Virus record (IMG/VR): IMGVR_UViG_3300028831_000169
Location: 1-45,141 of that record
DNA: 45,141 nt
Strand: one strand, 5' to 3'
Source: a virus
The notes under the pieces were generated by a model, which had not been told where the DNA came from, did no database searches, and saw nothing but the letters and a program-made list of their open reading frames with translations. Below, one piece after another: positions 6,788-15,830 of the stretch. Numbering within the stretch: position 1 is the first letter of the stretch; every line of letters begins with the position of its first letter. The translations under genes were made by a program, and so were the position numbers.

Positions 6788-8905
6788 ATGTCAGCCGGTT
6801 CCGATGAACGTTTGGAGCTAGTGACTGCTCCAAATCTTGAACAAGTCGTCAAGGAACTTAATACCGCTCGCGCCGACGCCGATCAATATTGGCAGGACGC
6901 CCAGAGTGCTCACGCATATTTTAATTGCCTGTGGAAAGGGCAATCAGACGATTTACGTAAACATAGCGATGGTGAAGAGGAAGCGTTCCCGTGGGACGGT
7001 GCGAGCGATGCGCGAGTCCGAGTAGTCCAGCCGTTAATCCGTGAGCACGTTTCTTTCGCTATGTTTACGTTTTTACGTAGCAAAGTTCAGGCACGCGCTG
7101 TTCGTCCGTTGATAGAGGGGAGAGACAGTAATATTGCCGAGCGCATGTTGAAATGGCGCGTGTTTACGCACATGCGCCAGGAACTTTTAACCGAGCTTCC
7201 CCTTGCGTGGACGTGGATGTTTACGCGCGGCATCGTGATGATGCGAATCGAGTGGGAACAGCAACGCACGATTGAGGAAGTCCCTGTTACAGCGCAGGAC
7301 GCTCAGGCACTTTTACAATCAGTTGGAGGCGACGTGTCCGATCTTTTCGGTGATAGCGAACCTACCCCGCAACTGCTGGATATTATTCAGATGTTTTCGC
7401 CGGTGATCGACCGTGATCGTGCTCGAAAAATCGTAAAAGAACTTCGCACCGATCTGATGACAACGGTTCCCATAGTATTTCTGATCCAGAACAAACCCAA
7501 ATGGACGGCAAGACGTTTGGTGCATGACGTTTTGGTGCCGTCAAGTTGCAGCAATGTTCAGAATGAACGCTGGATTTGCGACCGCGAACTTGTGACTGAA
7601 TCAGAATTAACCGACAGAATCACGACCGAAAATTATGATGAAGACTTTGTTGAGGAAGCGATAAAGCACAAGGGCGAATTTGCAGGGTGGCATGTGCAGG
7701 ATCGTTATCAGGCGACAGCAATTGGCGGCGAACGCGATCTAATCGAGCTTCAACATTTTTATTCGCGTAGATTAGTAAAGGGTACGCCCTGTGTTTACCG
7801 GACAATATTTAACGAACCAACTGCCGGTCTATTCCCTGAGCTTGTAGGGGTACACGAAGTTCATCGTTACCGGCACAAACAATATCCGTTTGTAGCGTGG
7901 CGATGGCAGGCCGAACACCGGATGCTTCTGAACGAGCGCGGAATCGCTCACGAAGCGTGGAGCGATGAACGAGACATCAAACGGCAACAGGACGGACTCA
8001 ATGACAGAGGCGATTTAATCAATCGCCCGGTCATGTTTATTCCTACACTTCGATATGAAGCGTTGAAGGGACGGTTCAAGCCTGGTCATTACGTTGGGAT
8101 AAATCGGCCTAACGAACTTAATTTCGGGCCGATTCCGCCTTCAGACGGTACTCCGTTAAAGATAATGGAGCTAGTCAAAATGCGGTTGGAAGAACGCTTC
8201 GCGCTATTCGGAAACACTGTTGATCCAGCATTAAAACAGATTCGACGCGAACATTTGGCGGGACATTTACTTTCGCAGATGGAACAAGTCTTAGAACAAA
8301 CGTGGCAACTACAACAACAATACGAAACGAACGAGGAAGTTCAGAGAGTAGCGGGTAGAAGTTCAATGAATTTTCCTGCCACCACAAAAGAGATTCAGGG
8401 CAAATACGAAATCACGGCCACGATTGATACGCAGATGCTTAACGAAGCGTATGCGGAACAGAAGATAAATCTTCTTGAGAGAGCAATGGCGTTCAAACAA
8501 GAAGGATTACTTTTCAGAATGGCAGTTGAATTGATTGATCCCGATGCCGCCGACGCCATAGCTCAAGACCAGTCTAGTCCTGACGCGATGGAGAAAGAAC
8601 GAAAAGATGAGAAGCACGCTTTTGGATTGATGCTCGCGGGCGTAGAACCGGACTTCCCCGTTTTAGGAAACCACCAATTACGGATGCAAGTGATGCAACA
8701 GATAATGTCGCAACCGAACATGGCGCAACGTTTGGCAAATCTTCCCGACAGTCAGAAGCTTATTCAAAATCGGTTTCAGACGTTCCAACGCCAGATACAG
8801 CAACATCAGGTCAATCCGACAATAGGGAGAACACTTGCCACGCGCGCTTTCCAGCCGAACGCTGCTGCTGACGTAACAGTTTCAAGCAATGGCAGCGAAG
8901 CCTAA
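6788..8905 (+). CDS. Portal protein (705 aa)
   Basis: Size and position after TerL and before the scaffold and capsid genes. No motif verified. Confidence 0.65.
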   Translation: MSAGSDERLELVTAPNLEQVVKELNTARADADQYWQDAQSAHAYFNCLWKGQSDDLRKHSDGEEEAFPWDGASDARVRVVQPLIREHVSFAMFTFLRSKVQARAVRPLIEGRDSNIAERMLKWRVFTHMRQELLTELPLAWTWMFTRGIVMMRIEWEQQRTIEEVPVTAQDAQALLQSVGGDVSDLFGDSEPTPQLLDIIQMFSPVIDRDRARKIVKELRTDLMTTVPIVFLIQNKPKWTARRLVHDVLVPSSCSNVQNERWICDRELVTESELTDRITTENYDEDFVEEAIKHKGEFAGWHVQDRYQATAIGGERDLIELQHFYSRRLVKGTPCVYRTIFNEPTAGLFPELVGVHEVHRYRHKQYPFVAWRWQAEHRMLLNERGIAHEAWSDERDIKRQQDGLNDRGDLINRPVMFIPTLRYEALKGRFKPGHYVGINRPNELNFGPIPPSDGTPLKIMELVKMRLEERFALFGNTVDPALKQIRREHLAGHLLSQMEQVLEQTWQLQQQYETNEEVQRVAGRSSMNFPATTKEIQGKYEITATIDTQMLNEAYAEQKINLLERAMAFKQEGLLFRMAVELIDPDAADAIAQDQSSPDAMEKERKDEKHAFGLMLAGVEPDFPVLGNHQLRMQVMQQIMSQPNMAQRLANLPDSQKLIQNRFQTFQRQIQQHQVNPTIGRTLATRAFQPNAAADVTVSSNGSEA

Positions 8906-9173
8906 CAAAGTCCGGGTTTACACAGTTAAACCGCTCAGTGAATCGGAACTGGAATCCGGCTTTGCTATTGCGGATTCGCATCCGTTCTGGAAAGCGTTGA
9001 TGTGTTTTTTGGCAAGTGTCCGAGAAGAACAAGGTGCGCTTGCGGCAACTCTAAACGAACAGGAAAAAAGGGGTGCAACATCAGCCGCGATTGGCGCTCA
9101 CGATATATTAGGACAAGTGATTTACGATCTGGATTCAAAGCGTAAATCTGCTCTCAAGAAATCGAGCGGGTAA
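8889..9173 (+). CDS. Hypothetical head-module protein (94 aa)
   Basis: Track ORF, co-oriented. Confidence 0.5.
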   Translation: MAAKPNKVRVYTVKPLSESELESGFAIADSHPFWKALMCFLASVREEQGALAATLNEQEKRGATSAAIGAHDILGQVIYDLDSKRKSALKKSSG

Positions 9174-9409
9174 GTCGTCGTTGTCTCTGGGCGCAAAACC
9201 GTTCTAAATGTTGTCGTAACATCTGGCGACAATACATTCTGTCTGGACTAGGCAGCGCGTAATACATCTGTTTGAGAGAGAGCGTGACCGGAAGTTGGAC
9301 AACTTCAATTCGCTTCTCGTAAACTAACGGTCGCTCCACCGGATCAGAATAATTACTAATCAAATGCTATTGTCAAGTGTTGAGGTTGCGGTGTATCCGT
9401 CGCAGCTAA

Positions 9410-10336
9410 ATGGCAGAAGAAACCTTAGCGGCGCAAATCCTTTCGGACTCGAAAGATAATCCCGATATTCTTCACGAGGAACAAACTCCCACGGATGAAT
9501 CCAAGCCAAAAGTCACCGACGAAACGCCGGAGGTTACGGAGGAAACTAAAACTCCTGAAACAGTTGAGACGGAAGAAACAACTGAGAAGCCGGAAGTAAA
9601 AGCTGAAACGAAGCCGAGCGTTGAAGATCAGATCAAAGCCCTCTCCGATCAGTTAAAAGATTTACAAGCCAAACTTTCGCAGCCGGAAAAACCCGTTCAA
9701 CCAACAATCGACCCCGACAACGACGATCTGTTGGCTAACGTGTATGACGAGCAAGGATTTCAACGAGCAGAAAAAGATTTGGAAGAATTGGTTCGATTCG
9801 CTGAAACGCATCGTGACGGCGCTTACGATTACGAAGTTAAAGACGCCAAGGGCAACGTTACAAAACGAGATTATACGCCTGAGCAAATCACGAACATAAA
9901 ATTACGCGCGGAGGCGGCGCTTCGCGCCATCCCGAAGCGCCGCGAATACGTTGCTTTGAGAGCACGCTGTGACGCCAGAGCGGTTGAAGTGTATCCCGAT
10001 CTTGCAAAAGAGGATTCGAACTGGCGAAAAGACGCCGCACAAATGTTGGCCGCAGTTCCGCAACTGGCGCAAATCCCTGATTTTATGATCTGGATCGGCC
10101 ATGCGTTACGAGGGCGCGACGAATTTTTGAAAGAACAAGCCGGTAAAAGTAACGGACACTCAACTGCGGTGGACAGAATCAAAGCCGCCCCGAAAGAAGT
10201 CGCCCCGGCTACTGCAAGTACTCGCGGAACAATCCCGCACACGGAAGCCAAAAAGAAAGAAGCCGCGTTAAACCGATTGAAAACCGAGCGCAGCGAAGAT
10301 GCCGCAGAAGAATATTTAGCAACGTTAGGATTCTAG
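9410..10336 (+). CDS. Scaffolding-like protein (308 aa)
   Basis: Highly acidic E/K/T-rich N-terminus and predicted coiled coil. Lies immediately upstream of the capsid gene. Confidence 0.55.
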   Translation: MAEETLAAQILSDSKDNPDILHEEQTPTDESKPKVTDETPEVTEETKTPETVETEETTEKPEVKAETKPSVEDQIKALSDQLKDLQAKLSQPEKPVQPTIDPDNDDLLANVYDEQGFQRAEKDLEELVRFAETHRDGAYDYEVKDAKGNVTKRDYTPEQITNIKLRAEAALRAIPKRREYVALRARCDARAVEVYPDLAKEDSNWRKDAAQMLAAVPQLAQIPDFMIWIGHALRGRDEFLKEQAGKSNGHSTAVDRIKAAPKEVAPATASTRGTIPHTEAKKKEAALNRLKTERSEDAAEEYLATLGF

Positions 10337-10355
10337 TAAAACAAGGAGAAACCAC

Positions 10356-11447
10356 ATGCCAGCCGTAACAACCAAGGATGAAATCGTAAGGGAAGATATT
10401 AGCAACGTGTACCTGAACATTGACGTTCGGGACACGCCGCTTCTCAACGACATCAAACGCGGAGAAAAACTTAAAAACGTCGATCTGTTTTCGTGGGAAG
10501 TCGAGAAGTACACCGACAACTACGACACGGTAGGAGTACCGGAAAACAAGGATGTCGATCAGTTCGAGGGCAACAAACAGTATCAACTTTACAATCGCTC
10601 CATGAAATTCTGGGGCAAACCGCATGTCACGACCGAATCCAACGACATCAACGTTACCCCTGCTGATTTCGGTAAGATGCGGAAAGAAATCACGAACAAA
10701 ACGATTGAAGCCAAGCGCAAAATCGAGAAACGCATCGCTTCCGATAACGACAGTAAAACCGATGACGGCGTATCACAGGGACGCGAGTTCATGGGGCTTG
10801 GCCGGATCATCAACGATACTACTTCGGTTGGTAGTTCGGGAGCGGCGCTTCCATTCACCGATACGCAGACTGCGATCAATTCACTTTTTAGGACGCCCAC
10901 CGCGCAGATTTACGTTGGCGCGTTGACGGACGTAAACGGAAGCGGTGATGTCACTGCGACTTTTGATGACGCTACGTTCATCGGAATGTTAAAGAGCCGG
11001 TTCGATAACGTAGGCCAAATGAACGAACTGGTTTGCTATTGCGATTCGGTTCTGAAACAGCATTTCTCACAATACATTTCCGGCAGGTACGCGGCGAATG
11101 TGCGGGGATTTACGGCAATAGCCCGGACACCGCAGCAAGCGATTTCGCAAAAAGAATATGCGCTCTACGGAGCGGATATTCTTCAGACCGATTTTGGCAA
11201 TATTCAGATTAAACTGATGAGCTTTATGCCGCGTCGCGCGGATGACGGCACGGTTGCTGGACGCGGCTACTTTCTGGACATGACAAAGATCATGCTTCGT
11301 CCGAGCGGCCTATGGCTGACTTACATGCCGTTGGAGGACAAGGGCGCAGGCCCGCGCGGGTTGATCCAGTCGATCTTGGGATTCCAATACGGCGATCCCA
11401 GAGGACACATGAAAGTTGATCCGAACGTTTTGCAGACAACTAGTTAA
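10356..11447 (+). CDS. Major capsid protein (DUF5309 / SU10-type, HK97 fold)
   Basis: The N-terminal pattern DISNVYLNIDVRDTPLLNDIKRGEKLKNVDLFSWEVEKY matches my recollection of that family. Strong SD. 363 aa. Confidence 0.7.
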   Translation: MPAVTTKDEIVREDISNVYLNIDVRDTPLLNDIKRGEKLKNVDLFSWEVEKYTDNYDTVGVPENKDVDQFEGNKQYQLYNRSMKFWGKPHVTTESNDINVTPADFGKMRKEITNKTIEAKRKIEKRIASDNDSKTDDGVSQGREFMGLGRIINDTTSVGSSGAALPFTDTQTAINSLFRTPTAQIYVGALTDVNGSGDVTATFDDATFIGMLKSRFDNVGQMNELVCYCDSVLKQHFSQYISGRYAANVRGFTAIARTPQQAISQKEYALYGADILQTDFGNIQIKLMSFMPRRADDGTVAGRGYFLDMTKIMLRPSGLWLTYMPLEDKGAGPRGLIQSILGFQYGDPRGHMKVDPNVLQTTS

Positions 11448-11460
11448 AAGGAGAAAATAA

Positions 11461-11922
11461 ATGGACGTACATCCACAGGTTCAAGAAGAAATTATCAGTA
11501 GCCGATACTCGCATTTGTGCGTGATTCGAGCGGGAGATTTAACCGACACGGTTGACGCGGAAGCGCAAACCCTGACGTTGTTCAGTTTACCTACAGGCGC
11601 GCAAGTGAGACACGTTCAGGTACAGTTGCCGACTGCTTTTCAGAACACCGGCGAAGCTGGCAACGATACGACGACTGTTCAAATCGGAACGGACGATGAC
11701 GACGATAATTTCATTACCGCGACTCAGATTAACGCTAACAGTGGAAGCCCAGCGATTTTCCCGATCTACGATACCGGCGATGCGCTTCCGACAAAGATCG
11801 CTGCCGCTCATCCGAATGTAGTTGCGACGTTTACACCAAAATCTGCCACGAAACTTTCGGAACTCAACGAGGGCGTGTTGTTCATCTTCTTCGACATCTT
11901 CGTTCCGAGCACGGGAATCTAA
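11461..11922 (+). CDS. Hypothetical head protein (153 aa), possibly decoration
   Basis: Track ORF with a strong RBS (AAGGAG) just after the capsid gene. Confidence 0.55.
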   Translation: MDVHPQVQEEIISSRYSHLCVIRAGDLTDTVDAEAQTLTLFSLPTGAQVRHVQVQLPTAFQNTGEAGNDTTTVQIGTDDDDDNFITATQINANSGSPAIFPIYDTGDALPTKIAAAHPNVVATFTPKSATKLSELNEGVLFIFFDIFVPSTGI

Positions 11923-11923
11923 T

Positions 11924-12211
11924 ATGCGAAAGGCTCTAGTAATTGTTATTATCGGAGTTGGAATACCAGGTCTGATGTTCAGCGGGATTTTCGAGGGCAA
12001 AACCGGAACGCACATCGGACAAAAGGCAACCGATAACATTGGGTTCTGGGGCGCTTCGCCGGTTCCTAAACAGATCATTGCAGGGACGCCCTCCGCAGCA
12101 AACCTTGAAAGTGCTTTGGCAAAAGCTGGACTCGTGGCGACAGCTACGCCAACAGCGACGGCAACCGCAACCGCAACGGCTACTCCAACGCCAACTCCCG
12201 GTGGTGAATAA
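11924..12211 (+). CDS. Small protein with an N-terminal TM/signal segment and a C-terminal (TA)n/(TP)n tail (95 aa)
   Basis: Internal ATG 11924 of the track ORF (MRKALVIVIIGVGIPGLMF...[24 protein letters not shown]). Confidence 0.5.
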   Translation: MRKALVIVIIGVGIPGLMFSGIFEGKTGTHIGQKATDNIGFWGASPVPKQIIAGTPSAANLESALAKAGLVATATPTATATATATATPTPTPGGE

Positions 12212-12586
12212 GTGAATGAACAGGTTGCCGATCCTCTTAATGTTCAAGTAGCGTTGATGCTACGTTCGGCGGGCGTCAATAATCCGCTGGTAGAAGATTG
12301 GGTTCTCAATTCGCAATGCGACGAAGCGAAAGCTTGGCGCGAGTACCTTAAAAAGCTCAAAATCTACGAGCAAGAAGCCGCGATTGAACGGCAACGTAAG
12401 CTTCGAGAGATAGCAGTCGCACAGGAAGAACAAAAGAAAAAGGGCGAGGTACGCCGGATAGCAGTAGTCGATCCAGTCATAAACGATGATTGGACGGCCA
12501 GATACGGGTTAGATTGCTGGAATAACGCGGATTGGGTAGCTGACACTCGAAAGAAAGCGCCTGAGGTTTTCGTAGATAAAAAATGA
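12212..12586 (+). CDS. Hypothetical protein (124 aa, GTG start)
   Basis: Track ORF. Its stop overlaps the next start. Confidence 0.5.
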   Translation: MNEQVADPLNVQVALMLRSAGVNNPLVEDWVLNSQCDEAKAWREYLKKLKIYEQEAAIERQRKLREIAVAQEEQKKKGEVRRIAVVDPVINDDWTARYGLDCWNNADWVADTRKKAPEVFVDKK

Positions 12587-13551
12587 CGACCATCGTTTTC
12601 AAGAAAGTCGTGGATCGCATATTTCGCCGGTGCGGGCTTGATCCTACCGATAGCGATGTAAACGGAGCGACGTTTCGATCTCTAGTCGAACACATTAACG
12701 ACCGTCTTTATTCTGCATGGTTCTCTTGGGAATGGCGGTTCATCGAGTTCCTAGAACAAAGGGCATGGCGTCAGGTGTGGAACGTCAGCTTCAGTTACGA
12801 TAACGGAACTGAAGTATTTTTTCCTACTGACGGTACTACGCCGGATGGATATTATCAGGCGATTCAAAATGTGCCGGGTTCAACTGCGATAACGAACACC
12901 GCGTATTGGAAAAACATCGACCCGCTTCAGGATATTTATTTGGAATACGCGCAACCGTTCGAGAACGTGATTGGTCAAGTAGTAGAACTGTACGACACCG
13001 ATCCACGAACCAATCATCACGCGCGACTGTTGGATTTTCAGCCGTCCACAAAAGGAATCGACGTTTCGTATCGGAATTGTCCGGGAATACCGAAACAGGT
13101 GTGGGTAAAATATAAACCGCCACCGCCAGAGTTTACCGCAGTGCCATACGTAGTAAAAACCTACAGTATTGGCGACAAAGTATTTCAACCTTCAGACGGC
13201 CAATGTTACTTGAAAGCGTTTCCACCAATATCTACGCCGCCCGGCCCCACGCCGCCTACGCCTCCTCCGCCTTCAATCGAATGGCAGTTAATAGAGTTTC
13301 CCGAACGCTTTTCACGATTCGTGACTGCTGGTGCTTATGCTGATCTGATTCGAGACATGGAAAAAGGTGTATCCGATCCGAGTCCTAAGCTTGTCCTTGC
13401 GCAAGCTGCCGAAAACGAGGCAATGAATTTCTTGCTTAGAGAAATCGACATCGAACTGGCTCAGGGACAGAAGATGTATTTCAGCATCAAAACGCCTCGA
13501 CGCAGAAGGCACGACATCAGGGTAACTTCAACCGCAATCACAACAATATGA
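12583..13551 (+). CDS. Virion structural protein, paralogue of 18828..20315
   Basis: Shared N-terminus (F..VV......GLDP) and shared C-terminus (Pro-rich stretch, then FP......V..GAYAD). CBM5/12-like mini-motif (TYSIGDKVFQPSDGQCY). Confidence 0.6.
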   Translation: MTTIVFKKVVDRIFRRCGLDPTDSDVNGATFRSLVEHINDRLYSAWFSWEWRFIEFLEQRAWRQVWNVSFSYDNGTEVFFPTDGTTPDGYYQAIQNVPGSTAITNTAYWKNIDPLQDIYLEYAQPFENVIGQVVELYDTDPRTNHHARLLDFQPSTKGIDVSYRNCPGIPKQVWVKYKPPPPEFTAVPYVVKTYSIGDKVFQPSDGQCYLKAFPPISTPPGPTPPTPPPPSIEWQLIEFPERFSRFVTAGAYADLIRDMEKGVSDPSPKLVLAQAAENEAMNFLLREIDIELAQGQKMYFSIKTPRRRRHDIRVTSTAITTI

Positions 13552-13561
13552 AAGGAATTTT

Positions 13562-13978
13562 ATGGCAGAAGGCGTACTTGTAACCAACACCAAACATACC
13601 CCCGTTCAGACGGAGATTGTCAATTCAAGTCTCCAACCAGTACCCGTAACTGGCGAAGATATATCGTTAGTTGTTGATCTGACTCACATCGTTGCTGCTC
13701 CGGGCGACACGCCACCTTCCCCGGCAGAAGCAATGTGCGTGCAAGGGATAACGGGCATGACGCCGGTAGTCGTGGAAGTCGCTAACGGAGCGTCCTTCTC
13801 AATTCCGCCGTTTGATTACATAGGGTTTACCTACGTTGGATCGACTAATAATATCGCTACCCAAGTATTCAAATCTGGCGGGTCAGGAGGAACTACCGTA
13901 GCTACACTGACCTATGCGTACGTAGGCGGCACACCTTCAACAGACGACGCGCTCATAGCGTCAATAACACAAAGCTAA
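13562..13978 (+). CDS. Hypothetical structural protein (138 aa)
   Basis: Track ORF with an RBS. Confidence 0.55.
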   Translation: MAEGVLVTNTKHTPVQTEIVNSSLQPVPVTGEDISLVVDLTHIVAAPGDTPPSPAEAMCVQGITGMTPVVVEVANGASFSIPPFDYIGFTYVGSTNNIATQVFKSGGSGGTTVATLTYAYVGGTPSTDDALIASITQS

Positions 13979-13982
13979 TTTT

Positions 13983-15740
13983 ATGGCTCTAAAACCTATA
14001 CTTCCATCGGGCGTAGTAAACATCCCCATCACGCATTACACCGCAACTAATACGGCAAGGGTAGATCAGCCCAATGGAAATGATGATAAAGGCCAGATAA
14101 ATGATCTGACCAAACCTTTTCAGACTGTTGCGGCTGCGCTTGCGGCGCTCGAAGCCAACGGTGACCCGACAATCCTGTGTGTCGTTATCCTGAGTGGCGA
14201 TTCGAGCGATTTCGATGAGGACTTAACCACTTCGCTTAACGACATCGCTTTTGTATCAAACAATGTATTGAATGTTTACAATTCATTAACTTTGACAGGT
14301 TCAGGCGGTAAATCCGTAATAGGAATCAATGTGTCTCTAAGCACAATTACGGCTACTACTTCCAATCTGATAGTAGATGTCAAATCAGGATCATCCATTG
14401 TTGGCAACATCACCAATAGTGGAGCGATAAATTTGTTCGGCAGCGTGTATAGTGGACATCCCCCTCAAGGAACTTTACTAACTGGTAGCAATATCAGGGT
14501 GGATGGATTCCCTTCTCAGGACGATACCATTGATGTCAACGCTACCGGGAACGTAAACGCATACTTCTCACTGCTTCACGATGTCACAGCGGTAGATGTC
14601 ACGATGAACGACAGCCGGTTTAAGTCTGGCGGAACTCTGAATATATCAGGGACGACAACGTACGCGGACGAATTTCTTACTGATCGAGGCGGTGGCGGTG
14701 GCGGCGGGCTCACCGTTTGGGATTCAGGAGCAACGTATCAGACTGGCACGATTGTTATTGATCGCGGCGGTCAATGGAAATCACTGATTAACGATAACAC
14801 TAATTCTCAACCAGTATCCGGCAACGCTAATTGGGAACTGGTCGGCGGCACGCCTTACATAGATGTGATTCTCGACCCGCCCGCTATTATTACTACTCCA
14901 TTTTATGATCCCAGCCAGACCGGGCCGGGAGTGCTAGTCATTCCTGCTCCCGGGGCAGGGAAGTGGTTATACGTGCCTTGTGTAGCAACTAGAATGTCGG
15001 ACGGAGATAATTGGAGTTCCTCAGCGCCCAACACGATACTGACTTACGGAGATACTTCGGGCCTGGATGCATTCGCCGGTAACGTTATAGGCGATGGATT
15101 AGACAGTGGTTTCCCGTTTTCAAGTTATCCGGCACCAGTTGTCCCGGGAGACACTGCCAAATCGGTCATCAATAAACCCTTGGTATTGAGTACCGGCACT
15201 TTCCTCTCTCTTGGATCACGCTCAATCATTTACAGGGTGTTCTATCTTCCGTTGCCCGTTACCGCCGGTTTTCCTGACGCGAACTTCTACACCATAACTG
15301 CCGTAGATCAGGGTAGCAAAACATTCAGTATCAATGGCGACCATCGCGAAATATCCGGCTCGATAGCAGTTGCGGGAAATACTGGAGGAAATGACGGTGA
15401 TTACACAGTCGTTTCTGTGAATCCTAACCCGCCTTCAAGTCCGCGCACAATAACGGCAGCCGATCCTAATACAGACTCGGTAACTATAAGCGGAGATCAT
15501 ACTGATGAGTTTTCCGAGTTCGGTGGAAATTGCGTCATTCAAGGATCGCCAGCTAATGATGGTAATTACAGTTATACTACAGCGGTATTCGACACCGATC
15601 ACACTGATATTTTCTTTGGTGCTGGGGTACCGCCCGACGGAACCGCAGGAGGAACGATTCTCGCATTGGCGAACACGACTGACATCGTAGTAAGTGAAGC
15701 CATCCCCGATTCCACCGCTGACGGATGGGTAAAACAATGA
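13983..15740 (+). CDS. Tail fibre/spike-like protein with a CBM5/12-like carbohydrate-binding motif
   Basis: WDSGATYQTGTIVIDRGGQWKSLINDNTNSQPVSGNANWELVG fits W..g..Y..G..V....G..(Y/W)........P......W. Contains a poly-Gly hinge (GGGGGGG). Confidence 0.6.
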   Translation: MALKPILPSGVVNIPITHYTATNTARVDQPNGNDDKGQINDLTKPFQTVAAALAALEANGDPTILCVVILSGDSSDFDEDLTTSLNDIAFVSNNVLNVYNSLTLTGSGGKSVIGINVSLSTITATTSNLIVDVKSGSSIVGNITNSGAINLFGSVYSGHPPQGTLLTGSNIRVDGFPSQDDTIDVNATGNVNAYFSLLHDVTAVDVTMNDSRFKSGGTLNISGTTTYADEFLTDRGGGGGGGLTVWDSGATYQTGTIVIDRGGQWKSLINDNTNSQPVSGNANWELVGGTPYIDVILDPPAIITTPFYDPSQTGPGVLVIPAPGAGKWLYVPCVATRMSDGDNWSSSAPNTILTYGDTSGLDAFAGNVIGDGLDSGFPFSSYPAPVVPGDTAKSVINKPLVLSTGTFLSLGSRSIIYRVFYLPLPVTAGFPDANFYTITAVDQGSKTFSINGDHREISGSIAVAGNTGGNDGDYTVVSVNPNPPSSPRTITAADPNTDSVTISGDHTDEFSEFGGNCVIQGSPANDGNYSYTTAVFDTDHTDIFFGAGVPPDGTAGGTILALANTTDIVVSEAIPDSTADGWVKQ

Positions 15741-15830
15741 GTCGCCGCCGTTCAATGTGACCCCGTAAAAGAATTTCTTGGATGCAGTAGCGACGCCAAT
15801 ATACCAGATTACGCAACGAGACAGTGATAC

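Noticed and set aside
9174-9409. Track ORF 9154..9363 (minus strand, 69 aa) in the gap before the scaffold gene
   Set aside because: It has the opposite orientation within the head module, no RBS, and overlaps hairpin-forming sequence (TTGTCG...CGACAA; GAAGTTG-GA-CAACTTC). I treat the gap as non-coding and regulatory, of low interest.
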